Of a stretch of 32,999 nt of DNA, positions 8,701 to 17,090 are shown piece by piece; the stretch's first letter is position 1, and each line of letters starts with the position of its first letter. Below the pieces are notes generated by a model, which saw nothing but the letters and a program-made list of their open reading frames with translations, was not told the origin of the DNA and did not search any database. Position numbers and translations under genes: made by a program. This DNA comes from an uncultured Christensenella sp. (lineage in GTDB: Bacteria > Bacillota > Clostridia > Christensenellales > UBA1242): the NCBI GenBank assembly GCA_964367785.1, contig CAYIZE010000006.1, forward strand, positions 1-32,999. Direction: 5' to 3'.

Positions 8701-9006
8701 AGCGACATTTTGGAGGTTAAATTTAAACTTCAAAAAGACGAAAAAGTGAAAGGCGGATATTCCAAAGTTGTGAGTGAGAAAGACTTGCAAAATTTTGGGA
8801 ATTATGCAATAAAATTAACCCAAAAAGCCTGCGAAGATATAAATACTCTTGATATAACTCCATTTCCACTTGTGATAACGAGTAAGGATATTTGTGAAAA
8901 ATGTCTTTTTTCTGGACTTTGCCGATTTGATAAGGCTTTTTCAAACTGCAAGAGAAACGTTAAAATGAAAATTTCAAAAGAAGATTTTGAGGAGGAGGAA
9001 AAGTGA
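5797..9006 (+). CDS. addB: ATP-dependent helicase/deoxyribonuclease subunit B (AddB/RexB)
   Basis: C-terminal RecB-type nuclease motif GQVDRID...IVDYKTG. Four Cys for an Fe-S cluster (YMTCPF ... CEKCLFSGLC). Translationally coupled to addA. The start is uncertain (ATG 5797 or TTG 5746) and neither has an SD. Confidence 0.88.
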   Translation: MISIFFGKTSDDCAQDMFSHLKQNGEKTCHYVFVVPDRMTVIAEKQVFERLNIESTCNIEVLTLSRLFSKLVHNKTIISKTASCMILQKILKDEKDNLKCFNKNIDSDLAEVIFGTISQFKSCKVNFDEVAVKNGDKLLEDKLSDIYLIYAKYERFLRDNQLFDALDKLNFLSDAVKNSEFIRNSSFYFCGFDGLTMQGYEIVSSICEFAKDFNFALTQAGNSPNGHIYNENFTANILNILKNKKNNVFYHTESRQGQSKFLQENLFCYSPSCEKISKSDVEISQAKDFREEVLYCSLKIKKMIMSEGLSFNDFIVAVPNLAQKKQVIDDVFSKFDFNFYLDTTEDFRNSVVFRFIKNSIDLFKENFSIKSVLTFLKNPLLMLPSEKIDDFEDYAIKFNLEDLYEIKSSRAENSLFFENFDLIRKLLFEMTEKIAEDLINAKNFSDYILIFKKLCENARIEEKIKEFCKRFADENNLKQARIFEQYYDVFLFTLDELENILGSVSCDFKTFSSTLLSGLSIAKISTTPLSIDAIMVGDTSTSFFEKRKVLFVLGANEESFPKSFVDYGIISDDDIKNLSEKYKLEPSIFELNKKEQFKAYELLLKPTEKLFLSYNFLEGEKSKVLIDISKMFLLEEKGKFAPLSFKRFNDCDFLTKNCDVSVAKSNLTSDIRAICDGVLDKDKEINSLYASLKGFLEDDFTQNFNFENRIKIKQNLFFTKNTTSVSQVESYMTCPFLHFATRGLKLATKDEGKLERNYIGLIMHEIAREVLGEIALPQEEKLVRTETEKAYKKVVSKDDYKSFLSSVSNRTLFINLKNEAKKFILALNEQAKHSKFVPKFLEERFSDNGRIKGLKIPCKGKTLRLVGQVDRIDVSGDYFRIVDYKTGDVDTSLRELFFGKKIQLEAYLKVCENSLKLKPAGAYYLPVKGGFSDEKTTLQKKYQLKGNTLESFEVACLSDDRFEKEALDSDILEVKFKLQKDEKVKGGYSKVVSEKDLQNFGNYAIKLTQKACEDINTLDITPFPLVITSKDICEKCLFSGLCRFDKAFSNCKRNVKMKISKEDFEEEEK

Positions 9007-12000
9007 AATTTACTGACGACCAAAAAAAAGTGCTTGAAAATGACAGCGATAGACTCCTTGTTTCCGCTTCTGCAGGCAGTGGCAAAACCGCAACGATTAT
9101 TGAAAAAATAGTGAGAATAATAACCGAAGAAAAGGTGGATATAGAAAGACTTCTTTCCATAACTTTCACCGACGCTTCCAGTGTTGAGATGAAACTCAGG
9201 CTGAAAGATTCTTTGAAAGAATATGCCTCAAGCGACAAATTTGTCAGAACTCAGTTTGAAAAATTGAGTGTTGCCGACATCAGCACCTTGCACGGATTTT
9301 GCTCAAAAATGATTAGAAAATATTTTTATTATCTTGATTTAAAGCCCAATTTTGCAGTTCTGGACGAAAACAATTCTAAATATTTAAAGGTGAATGCCCT
9401 AGAGAAAACAATCGCATTTTATTCAAAAAATGGTGATGAGGAATTTGTTGAAGTCTCATCTATTTTTGAAAGTGGGCGAAATTTTGACGGGCTTAAACGC
9501 AACATTTTGTCACTCTATGAATTTATGTGTGCATTAAAAGACAAAGAGGATTTTTTGCAGAATGTCGCTTTAAAACTTTATAGTGACGATTTGAAAAAGA
9601 ATGAGGCATGTGAATATTTAAATAACTACATATTTGGGAATTTTAATTTTTTAAAAAAATCTACAAGTAAAATGCTCCTCATTGCAGAACAAAATAAAAG
9701 TGACTATTTTAAAAATTTTCTCACAGAAACGCTTTCAATTTTAGACACTGTAAAACAAGAAAATTCTTTTTTGCAAAATCAAGAAATTGTTAATATTGTA
9801 AAATTCAAAGCAATTCAGTCTAGAAGTTTTGATGACATTGATAAGATGTTTTATGAGGATTTTAAGCCTTTTTGGAAAAACTTAAAAGATAGAATTTCTG
9901 ATATAAAAAAGAATGTTTATTTTGGTGAAAACAGCGAGATAAAATTAGATTTAAAAGTGGCGAGGCAAATTCTAAACAAGATTTTAGAGATTGTTGGCAC
10001 TTTTGAAAAATTTTATGAAGAGGCGAAGTTGAGTCGAAATGCTCTTGATTTTAACGACCTTGAAAAATATTTTCTCAAACTTCTACACCTTGACGAGATT
10101 AAAAATAACCTAAATTATGAGTATATTTTTGTGGACGAATATCAAGACATCAACCCTGTGCAAGAGGAGATTATTCGCCTGCTTTCAACCGCTTGTAAAG
10201 TTGTGATGGTGGGGGACATTAAGCAAAGTATCTATGGATTTAGAAATAGCACACCAGAGATTTTTGTGCAAAAAAGCAAAGACTATCTCGAAGATAATTC
10301 AAAGGGAAATTTGGTTGTTTTGAACGAGAATTTCAGGAGCAACCCGTCCATTTTAAACTTTGTGAACAGCATTTTTGAAAAGTGTATGAGTCTTGATTTT
10401 GGAGGTGTGGACTATAAAAAAACAGGTGCTTTTAAAGCGAAAATAGAATATCCAAAATGCTCCGATATTCCCGTTGTTGAGGTGAATGTCATTGACTCTG
10501 AAAAAGGTGAAGAGGACGAGGATGAGAGCGTTTCGTTGCCAAAAGTTTATAGCGTGCAGAATGATAAAAACGACTATGAACAAGAATTTACTGCTGGCAA
10601 AAAAGAAGCGATGATTGTTGCAAAAAAGATTTTGGAAATCTATAATAAAGACTTTTTTGACGCAAAGGAACAGGTTGTGAAGAAAATCAAATTTTCCGAC
10701 ATTGCAATTTTTTGCAGAAACAACGAATATTTGAAAGAAGTGGCAAAGGGGTTGCTTGACTATAAAGTGCCAATCGCAACAAATTTAGTGGAAAATGTTT
10801 ATAACCACATTGACGTTCAAGTGCTGTTGTCCCTTCTCAAAATATTAAATAACTTTCACGATGACATTTCTCTTTCAACCTTTATGACAAGTTATTTGAG
10901 TGATTTCACATTTGATGATTTGGCTAAAATCAAAATGAATTCGCCTGATGAAAAATTCTTTTATGACTGCGTTAAAAACTATGCAAAAACTGCTAATTTT
11001 GACAAATTTCTTCAAGGCAAGATTGATAATATGAAAACATTTTTAGAAAAGACAAGACAAAAACTTTCATATCAGTCTATATTTGAAATTCTCACAGAAC
11101 TTTGCGAAAAAACAAATTATTATGATTTTCTACTATCTCTCCCAGACGGCACAAACAGAAGCAAGGTTGTGAAAGATTTTGTGGGCAGTTTTTTAAAAGC
11201 CGAATATAACTATGACTTGGTGGGTTTCCTTGATTTTGAGAAAAACTATGCATCGTCAAACAAGTTTAAAACAACATTTTCATTTGGTGAGGATAGTGTT
11301 AAAATGGGCACAATTCATTTTAGCAAAGGGCTTGAATATCCCGTCGTATTTTTGATTGGTTGCGGTAAAAATTTTTCAAACCAAACTTTTAAAGAAGAGA
11401 TTTTAAAAGACAAAGATTATGGATTTGGAATGAATAGTTATGATCTAAACACTTATGATAAAAACAGAAATGTCGCCAGAGCAACTCTAACTCTTGTGAA
11501 AAGAAGACAGGAACGTTCTGAGGAATTGCGACTTTTATATGTGGCTCTTACTCGAGCGAAAAATCATTTATTTGTCGTCGGGAATGTGAATTTGTCACAA
11601 ATGGAGAGGGTAAAAAATACTGACGATTCGCAGGGAGTAACGAACTATCTCTCTTGGATTTTGAGCGGACTTAATGAGAATAATTTTAACAACCTTGTGA
11701 AGAATAAAAAGAGTTTTATTGAGAGAAAAAATGAATTTGAAGTTGCTGTGAATGTTTTTGGTGAGGGTGATTTTGAGTTTAAAAAGAAAGAGAAAACGTC
11801 TTTTGATTTTTCAAATTATGATGAAAAATTGGTGAAACAACTAAAAGACATTTATAAATTTAAGATTACTAAAAAGAAAAACATTGCCCTTAAAAACAGT
11901 GTGTCAAGTTTGCTTAGGGAAAATGCAGTGCAGGAAGAGAGTGTGAATTTTTCGCCAAGAAATCTTGATATTTTTGAAAGCGAAACATCAACTATAAAAC

Positions 12001-12479
12001 GAAGCGAACTTGGCACTTTGTATCACCGCATATTAGAAAAAGTTGACTTTGAAAAACCTTTTTCTAAAGATAATTTTACAGATATTTTGAAGGAATTAAA
12101 TGTGGACGAAAAATCTGCAAATGAAGTTTCTTTTGATAAAATTAATAATTGTATAAATACTATTAAAAAATTGGGCAAAATAAACACAAGGAAAGAAGTT
12201 CCTTTCATAAGTTATATTCCTTATTGCGACATCTTTGACAGCGATGAAAAAACAAAAGTTTTGGTGCAGGGAGTGGCAGATTTGCTGGTGAAAACAGGTG
12301 ATAAAAACTATCTTATTGATTATAAGATTACAAAGTCGCAAACGCCCGACCAGTTAGTCGAAAAATATAAAATTCAATTAAAGTTGTATAAAATATGCCT
12401 TGAAAAAGCATTAAATATGAATTTTGACGGAGTGTATGTGTATTCGTTTCATTTAGAACAGTTGATAAAAGTTTTTTAA
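9003..12479 (+). CDS. addA: ATP-dependent helicase/nuclease subunit A (AddA/RexA, UvrD-like)
   Basis: Walker A SAGSGKT, motif II FVDEYQD, helicase motif VI YVALTRAK and a C-terminal PD-(D/E)xK element (GVADLL...LIDYKITK). GTG start overlaps the addB stop and follows GGAGGAGGA. Confidence 0.93.
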   Translation: MKFTDDQKKVLENDSDRLLVSASAGSGKTATIIEKIVRIITEEKVDIERLLSITFTDASSVEMKLRLKDSLKEYASSDKFVRTQFEKLSVADISTLHGFCSKMIRKYFYYLDLKPNFAVLDENNSKYLKVNALEKTIAFYSKNGDEEFVEVSSIFESGRNFDGLKRNILSLYEFMCALKDKEDFLQNVALKLYSDDLKKNEACEYLNNYIFGNFNFLKKSTSKMLLIAEQNKSDYFKNFLTETLSILDTVKQENSFLQNQEIVNIVKFKAIQSRSFDDIDKMFYEDFKPFWKNLKDRISDIKKNVYFGENSEIKLDLKVARQILNKILEIVGTFEKFYEEAKLSRNALDFNDLEKYFLKLLHLDEIKNNLNYEYIFVDEYQDINPVQEEIIRLLSTACKVVMVGDIKQSIYGFRNSTPEIFVQKSKDYLEDNSKGNLVVLNENFRSNPSILNFVNSIFEKCMSLDFGGVDYKKTGAFKAKIEYPKCSDIPVVEVNVIDSEKGEEDEDESVSLPKVYSVQNDKNDYEQEFTAGKKEAMIVAKKILEIYNKDFFDAKEQVVKKIKFSDIAIFCRNNEYLKEVAKGLLDYKVPIATNLVENVYNHIDVQVLLSLLKILNNFHDDISLSTFMTSYLSDFTFDDLAKIKMNSPDEKFFYDCVKNYAKTANFDKFLQGKIDNMKTFLEKTRQKLSYQSIFEILTELCEKTNYYDFLLSLPDGTNRSKVVKDFVGSFLKAEYNYDLVGFLDFEKNYASSNKFKTTFSFGEDSVKMGTIHFSKGLEYPVVFLIGCGKNFSNQTFKEEILKDKDYGFGMNSYDLNTYDKNRNVARATLTLVKRRQERSEELRLLYVALTRAKNHLFVVGNVNLSQMERVKNTDDSQGVTNYLSWILSGLNENNFNNLVKNKKSFIERKNEFEVAVNVFGEGDFEFKKKEKTSFDFSNYDEKLVKQLKDIYKFKITKKKNIALKNSVSSLLRENAVQEESVNFSPRNLDIFESETSTIKRSELGTLYHRILEKVDFEKPFSKDNFTDILKELNVDEKSANEVSFDKINNCINTIKKLGKINTRKEVPFISYIPYCDIFDSDEKTKVLVQGVADLLVKTGDKNYLIDYKITKSQTPDQLVEKYKIQLKLYKICLEKALNMNFDGVYVYSFHLEQLIKVF

Positions 12480-12515
12480 AATTTCATTAAAATGTTTTTA
12501 TTTAAATTTTGTTTA

Positions 12516-12524
12516 TGATATACT
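12516..12524 (+). promoter_or_regulatory. Extended -10 element upstream of the 779-aa gene
   Basis: TGaTATACT at 12516-12524. The -35 is weak. Confidence 0.35.
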
Positions 12525-12557
12525 CTCATTGATTTTAATAAAAGAAGGTGTGTCCTT

Positions 12558-14897
12558 ATGAGTCAACTAGGATTTGTCGGTTCAGAATTATTAACCACTG
12601 TGAAAGATTTTTTTCATGAAGTGGGAAAGGAAATTGCAGAATTATGGTTTTGGCCAGCCATCTTTATTGGACTTATGATTCTTGCCATAATCACAATGTT
12701 TTTTCTAGTTAGATTTTCCTATGAAAACAGAATCCTCAAAAGCGTAAATCGATTGAACAAATACTTTCTTGCGAAACCTTATATTGATGAGGAAAATTTA
12801 GTTGAATTTAACTTAAAGATGAAGAAAGTTCCAGAAGTTTTAAGAAGTAGTTGGCAAGTCTATATGCTTAATCGAGAGGACACTCCAACAACATATATTA
12901 ACATTGACGCATGCATCGACAAACCTTTGAGGACAAGTTCCATTGAAAAAAATATGGGCAACTTCTCAATCTTCTCAGCACTCATTGGACTTCTTTCTTT
13001 TGCGATAGGACTTGTGTATTCGACTCACGTTGCAGGCACAAACATTTTGGGCGACGTTATGTTTTTGGCTCTCTTGGTGCCACTCGCAATCGCCATTTTC
13101 TATACAGTTTTCTTTTTAGTCATAAAGGCATCTAAGAATGATATCTATGCTTGTCTTTATGAAAATTTTCCACTGTATGAACGAAACCTAACAAAGGCTG
13201 TCACGACATTGCCTGCCTATGTTGACTATGAAATATTATTCACCAAAAAAGAAATCAAAGAAGGCATTCCTATTCTTCAACAATATCTTGAAAAACGTGC
13301 TAAAGTCGAAGAAGAGGAACTCGAAAAAGCAAGAGAAAATTCCATGGCAACTGAGGAATATGATTTTGGTGAATTGGGAGTGGACGGCTCACTTGTGCTT
13401 GAAAGGTCAATGAAGGAATGTGAGACTTTCATCAAAGTTCGTCGTCGTATGCAAGACGAGAGCAACTCCATTGAAACAGAAAAAGACAACTATAAAAAGA
13501 CATTTGAACAAACACTTAAAGATATGCAGAGAAAACTTCAAGCCTCTCGTGAAAACCTTGAAAGTTTAAAAACAGAACAAGAAGTTTCAACAAATCGTAT
13601 TGAAAGCAATTATATAAGAAAGCAACAAGCCGACGAAATTAAAAAACAAGAACAACTTGAAAAAGATATTGAACAAGCCACAGCAAAGTTTAAAGAAGAG
13701 CAAAAAACTCTTGAAAAAGAGATTGAAAAGAGAAACAAAGAAATTGAAGAAAAAAGACAGTTTGTGGAGCAAGCAATGTTGCTTGAATTCAAACATTACG
13801 CAAACACTCTTTATGAAGTTTTAACAAACAAAGCAAAAGAAGTTGGAAATCAAAAACTTGTTTCATTAGCACAGGAAAATGCCGACCTTAAAGCATTGCT
13901 CACAGATATTCACGGTGTTGGAGTGGAGGAAAGTAAACTTGACCCAGAAGATAACCTCATTCAGCCAGATGAAATCACAAATGAAAATCTTTATGAAATG
14001 ACAAGTAACGATGAGAATGCTTTGGAAGAAATTAGAAAAACTTCAAAACAAATGGAAAAAGAAGAGAACAAAAAACTTAAAGAAAAACAAAAAGAAACTC
14101 CAAAAGAGAATGCTAAAAATGAAAAAGCGGAAGAACCTTCTTTGAGACCAGTGTTGAAGCCTGCACCACCAGAAGTGAAAGTTGAGCAGATTGAAAAACC
14201 CGAAGAAGTTCAACCTGAAATAGAAAAAGAGATTGTTCCTCAAACGATAACAACTTCACCAAAAGAAGAAATTAAAAACGATGATGGCGATGAAAATGTT
14301 CAACAAGTTGTTTTACCAGAAGATGAGGACGATTCAAACGACGATTACGACGATATTCAAAGGCAGATTGATGAGGAAAGTGACAAACTTCAAAAGGAAA
14401 AAGTGGAGTTTGAAAATGATTTGAACGATACAATTTCAAAAATGAAAGATGAAAGAGTGTCTGAGGAAAAACCTCAACAAGAAAAAGAACCTGTTTTAAA
14501 AACCTCAAAAAGAGAAGTTGTAGACGAACCAGATGAAGATGTTGAAGACGAAACTGATGAAGAACTTGAGGAAGAAAAAGCACCAAGACAAAAGTCTTCA
14601 AGAAGAGAAATTGAAAAAGAGTCAGAAGAAGATTTTGATGAAGAGCCTGAGGAAAAACGTGAAAAAAAGACTAAGAAAAAAGTTGAAATAGATGAGCGAC
14701 CTGCCAGAAGAACTGCGTCTCGTTCTCGCAGAGCAACTGAAGAACCAAGACAGGAGCGTAAGCCAAGAGGAACTTCACGAAGAAATGTTGAGAGAATCTC
14801 AAGAAGATCTTTGAGAGATGAAAATGAACCAACTTCGGAGTTAGATTCACTAAATGCGGAAATGCAGAAACTTTTGAAGAACACAAGAAGGAGATAA
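12558..14897 (+). CDS. Membrane-anchored coiled-coil protein with a long Glu/Lys/Asp-rich disordered tail (hypothetical)
   Basis: SD GAAGGTG. Three predicted TM segments (residues ~29-51, ~136-154, ~163-189), a heptad-rich charged region (~295-450) and a low-complexity polyampholyte tail (~490-779) with an Arg-rich end. Confidence 0.75.
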   Translation: MSQLGFVGSELLTTVKDFFHEVGKEIAELWFWPAIFIGLMILAIITMFFLVRFSYENRILKSVNRLNKYFLAKPYIDEENLVEFNLKMKKVPEVLRSSWQVYMLNREDTPTTYINIDACIDKPLRTSSIEKNMGNFSIFSALIGLLSFAIGLVYSTHVAGTNILGDVMFLALLVPLAIAIFYTVFFLVIKASKNDIYACLYENFPLYERNLTKAVTTLPAYVDYEILFTKKEIKEGIPILQQYLEKRAKVEEEELEKARENSMATEEYDFGELGVDGSLVLERSMKECETFIKVRRRMQDESNSIETEKDNYKKTFEQTLKDMQRKLQASRENLESLKTEQEVSTNRIESNYIRKQQADEIKKQEQLEKDIEQATAKFKEEQKTLEKEIEKRNKEIEEKRQFVEQAMLLEFKHYANTLYEVLTNKAKEVGNQKLVSLAQENADLKALLTDIHGVGVEESKLDPEDNLIQPDEITNENLYEMTSNDENALEEIRKTSKQMEKEENKKLKEKQKETPKENAKNEKAEEPSLRPVLKPAPPEVKVEQIEKPEEVQPEIEKEIVPQTITTSPKEEIKNDDGDENVQQVVLPEDEDDSNDDYDDIQRQIDEESDKLQKEKVEFENDLNDTISKMKDERVSEEKPQQEKEPVLKTSKREVVDEPDEDVEDETDEELEEEKAPRQKSSRREIEKESEEDFDEEPEEKREKKTKKKVEIDERPARRTASRSRRATEEPRQERKPRGTSRRNVERISRRSLRDENEPTSELDSLNAEMQKLLKNTRRR

Positions 14898-14904
14898 TTT
14901 TTAA

Positions 14905-14940
14905 AAAGAAAAAGCATAGGTTTTCCTATGCTTTTTTTCT
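14905..14940. terminator. Bidirectional rho-independent terminator
   Basis: Perfect 10-bp stem AAAGCATAGG (14911-14920) / CCTATGCTTT (14925-14934) with loop TTTT, flanked by an A-run and a T-run. It contains the stop codon of the convergent PRC-barrel gene. Confidence 0.8.
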
Positions 14941-15690
14941 TGAATATACTGTTAGTTCCATAAGTTTGCCGTGCCGTTTTGCTGAGTTAATTGTCTTTTC
15001 GTTTATTATAAACTCTTTTTTAATTATAATTTCATTGTTTAAACCATAAATTGTTTTAAACATTTTTCTTCCAAGCAGAAAATTGCTGTTACCCATTATT
15101 CTTTGAGGAAAGGGAAGAGAATTAATTTTAAAATTTGTTTGGTTTGAAATAGTTGTTTGAGTGTCTTTTTCCACTTCAATTTTTGGTGCCATAATATAGA
15201 CTTTTTCTTCTGGCAAAGTTGAAGCAATTTTTACGTGTGGCTTAAAATCTGAAATCCTCACTTTTTTATCTTCTAAGTTCACAATGATATTGTCGCCAAC
15301 ATTCACAATCTGGTCTTGTCGAACTCTGTGTGTTTTTGTGATGAGAAAATTCAATTTGAGGTTGCTTGAAAGTTCTGCGTCACATACTTGTCCAAGATAG
15401 TCGCCTGTCAGTGAGTATGCCTCAAGATTTATAGGGCTGTTCTCATTTGAATTACATTGATTAATCGTGGAAACCATTGCTGAAGAGTTTTTTATCACAA
15501 TGGCACTCTCTCCAATGGAATAAATTTTTTTTGCGTCAATCAAAAATTCATCATCATCTTCTGTGAACATCTTTAAACTTGACACATTTCTGCACATTTC
15601 ATTAAAGCACAAGTTTTTTATTGTCCCCTCAATTTTGCCTGAAAAAAGATTAAGAACTTTTTTTGACACGATATTGCTAAGTAAAATCAT
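14926..15690 (-). CDS. PRC-barrel domain protein (two YlmC/YmxH-like repeats)
   Basis: 254 aa. SKKVLNLFSGKIEGTIKNLCFN...FLIDAKKIYSIGESAIVIKN matches the PRC-barrel pattern, and a second similar unit starts at EAYSLTGDYLGQV. SD AAGGAG. Confidence 0.5.
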   Translation of the reverse strand: MILLSNIVSKKVLNLFSGKIEGTIKNLCFNEMCRNVSSLKMFTEDDDEFLIDAKKIYSIGESAIVIKNSSAMVSTINQCNSNENSPINLEAYSLTGDYLGQVCDAELSSNLKLNFLITKTHRVRQDQIVNVGDNIIVNLEDKKVRISDFKPHVKIASTLPEEKVYIMAPKIEVEKDTQTTISNQTNFKINSLPFPQRIMGNSNFLLGRKMFKTIYGLNNEIIIKKEFIINEKTINSAKRHGKLMELTVYSRKKA

Positions 15691-15785
15691 TTTATCTCCT
15701 TATTTTAAATGGTATGTCAATACTTAAATATATGATTGATATATGGTAAATATTATTTGAAATAGTAGCGTTTTTTTTGGCATTA

Positions 15786-15794
15786 TGTTAGAAT
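15786..15794 (+). promoter_or_regulatory. Extended -10 element 10 nt upstream of the SPFH gene ATG
   Basis: TGtTAGAAT at 15786-15794. There is no SD between it and ATG 15805. Confidence 0.4.
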
Positions 15795-15804
15795 TTGTTC
15801 ATAT

Positions 15805-17067
15805 ATGGAATGGTTTTTTGGTTTTAAAAAATTTTTAAATAAAAAAATTGCCTTGCCACCGAATCAAAATGACGATTTAGTTATTTTTTACAAGTTAAAA
15901 AATAATATGCTTAAAATCAACTCCAAGGCAGAGGTTTTAGAAGGTTATAATCTTGTTACTGTGCATTACAACAAGGTTTGTGATGTCTTGCCCCAAGGCG
16001 ACTATGAACTTGACGCAACCACTGTGCCTGCTCTTTTAAAATACTGCGAAAAGCAAAGTTCAAACAAAGGTGTTTTCATTCCCACTCGAGTGTTTGCTGA
16101 TTTATATTTTTTTAACACAAACAAAAAGGCAAACTACACATTTAAAACTCCAAACTACATTTTAACTCAAGGGCAACAGGGCAAGGTTAAGATTAAACTT
16201 CAAGGCTCTTTTAAAATGCAAGTTGTGAATGTTAAGAGGTTTATGCAATCGTTTTGTGATAGTTACTCCATAGTAAAGAATAAGAATATTTTAAAAGACC
16301 TTTCTTATTATGTCGGAAGAGTGGCGGAAAAATCGTTAGACAAATTGTCTTATGTTTTAAGTGACTTTTTGGGAAACAAAGATAAGGTTGTGGACGCAAT
16401 AATGCAAAATATTGCTTCACTTGAAAAAGATTTAGGTGTAAAGATTGAATATCTTTCCATCGAAGACGTCATTGTTCCAAGACGATATAAACTCTCGAAA
16501 GGCTTTTTGCAGGATAGTAAAAACGCTCTGGATAATAGTGAATATTTGCTCAAACTTGTGGAAGATAGACTGAATAACTTGCAAGAGGATATGTCAGTCG
16601 TGTTTGCTGGCTCAAAAAGTGAAAATAGTGCTGAATTTAATGCAGAAAATCAGACTCAGTTTTCTCATAATAATTTTAATCAAAGTCCGGTAAATAATTT
16701 TGAGAAACAGTCAGAGAGTATTTTTGTTCAGCCTGAAACTGTGAATGATTATAATGATAAAGAATCAAATTATTCAAATTTTGGCGACCAACAAGCACCA
16801 AACATCATTTTTGGGGAGCAAATATCTGAAGAGGAAAGATTAGAAAAAAAAGAAATGCTAGCGAGCGATGGGGAGCAAATAGATAAAAAAGATAACTCAA
16901 GAAAAGAAAATGACAATTTACAAAAAAGTGAGAATAGCGGAGGAAAAACATTATCCTCACAAGAGGAAACAAAAGAAAAAAATAGTTTGCTTGTCACTTG
17001 CCCTTGTTGTGGTGCGAAAAATTTTGACGGGGCAGAGTTCTGCTGTGTGTGTAAAAGCAAGTTGTGA
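15805..17067 (+). CDS. SPFH/Band-7-like protein (YdjI-type) with a C-terminal zinc ribbon
   Basis: The N-terminal ~230 aa fit the YdjI-type SPFH pattern (DDLVIFYKL...INSKAEVLEGYNLVTVHYNKVCDVLPQGDYELDATTVP). A Q/N/E/S-rich linker follows, then CPCCGAKNFDGAEFCCVCKSKL. Confidence 0.65.
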   Translation: MEWFFGFKKFLNKKIALPPNQNDDLVIFYKLKNNMLKINSKAEVLEGYNLVTVHYNKVCDVLPQGDYELDATTVPALLKYCEKQSSNKGVFIPTRVFADLYFFNTNKKANYTFKTPNYILTQGQQGKVKIKLQGSFKMQVVNVKRFMQSFCDSYSIVKNKNILKDLSYYVGRVAEKSLDKLSYVLSDFLGNKDKVVDAIMQNIASLEKDLGVKIEYLSIEDVIVPRRYKLSKGFLQDSKNALDNSEYLLKLVEDRLNNLQEDMSVVFAGSKSENSAEFNAENQTQFSHNNFNQSPVNNFEKQSESIFVQPETVNDYNDKESNYSNFGDQQAPNIIFGEQISEEERLEKKEMLASDGEQIDKKDNSRKENDNLQKSENSGGKTLSSQEETKEKNSLLVTCPCCGAKNFDGAEFCCVCKSKL

Positions 17068-17090
17068 GAAGATTTATAACGGCGAAAATC

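Noticed and set aside
8785-8801. TTGCAAAATTTTGGGAA inside addB nearly matches one arm of the 28-nt palindrome at 17129-17146 (a one-A difference), which hints at a dispersed repeat.
   Set aside because: Only a half-site is shared. It lies in-frame in a conserved coding region (DLQNFGN) and is A/T-rich low-complexity sequence, so it is most likely coincidence. A genome-wide search would settle it.
13277-14917. Several antisense or off-frame ORFs (13277-13489, 13587-13796, 14043-14243, 14272-14601, 14474-14917) within the 779-aa gene.
   Set aside because: They arise from the GAA/AAA-rich low-complexity coding sequence. They give Phe/Ser/Leu-rich nonsense translations, have no RBS, and overlap a much longer coherent frame.
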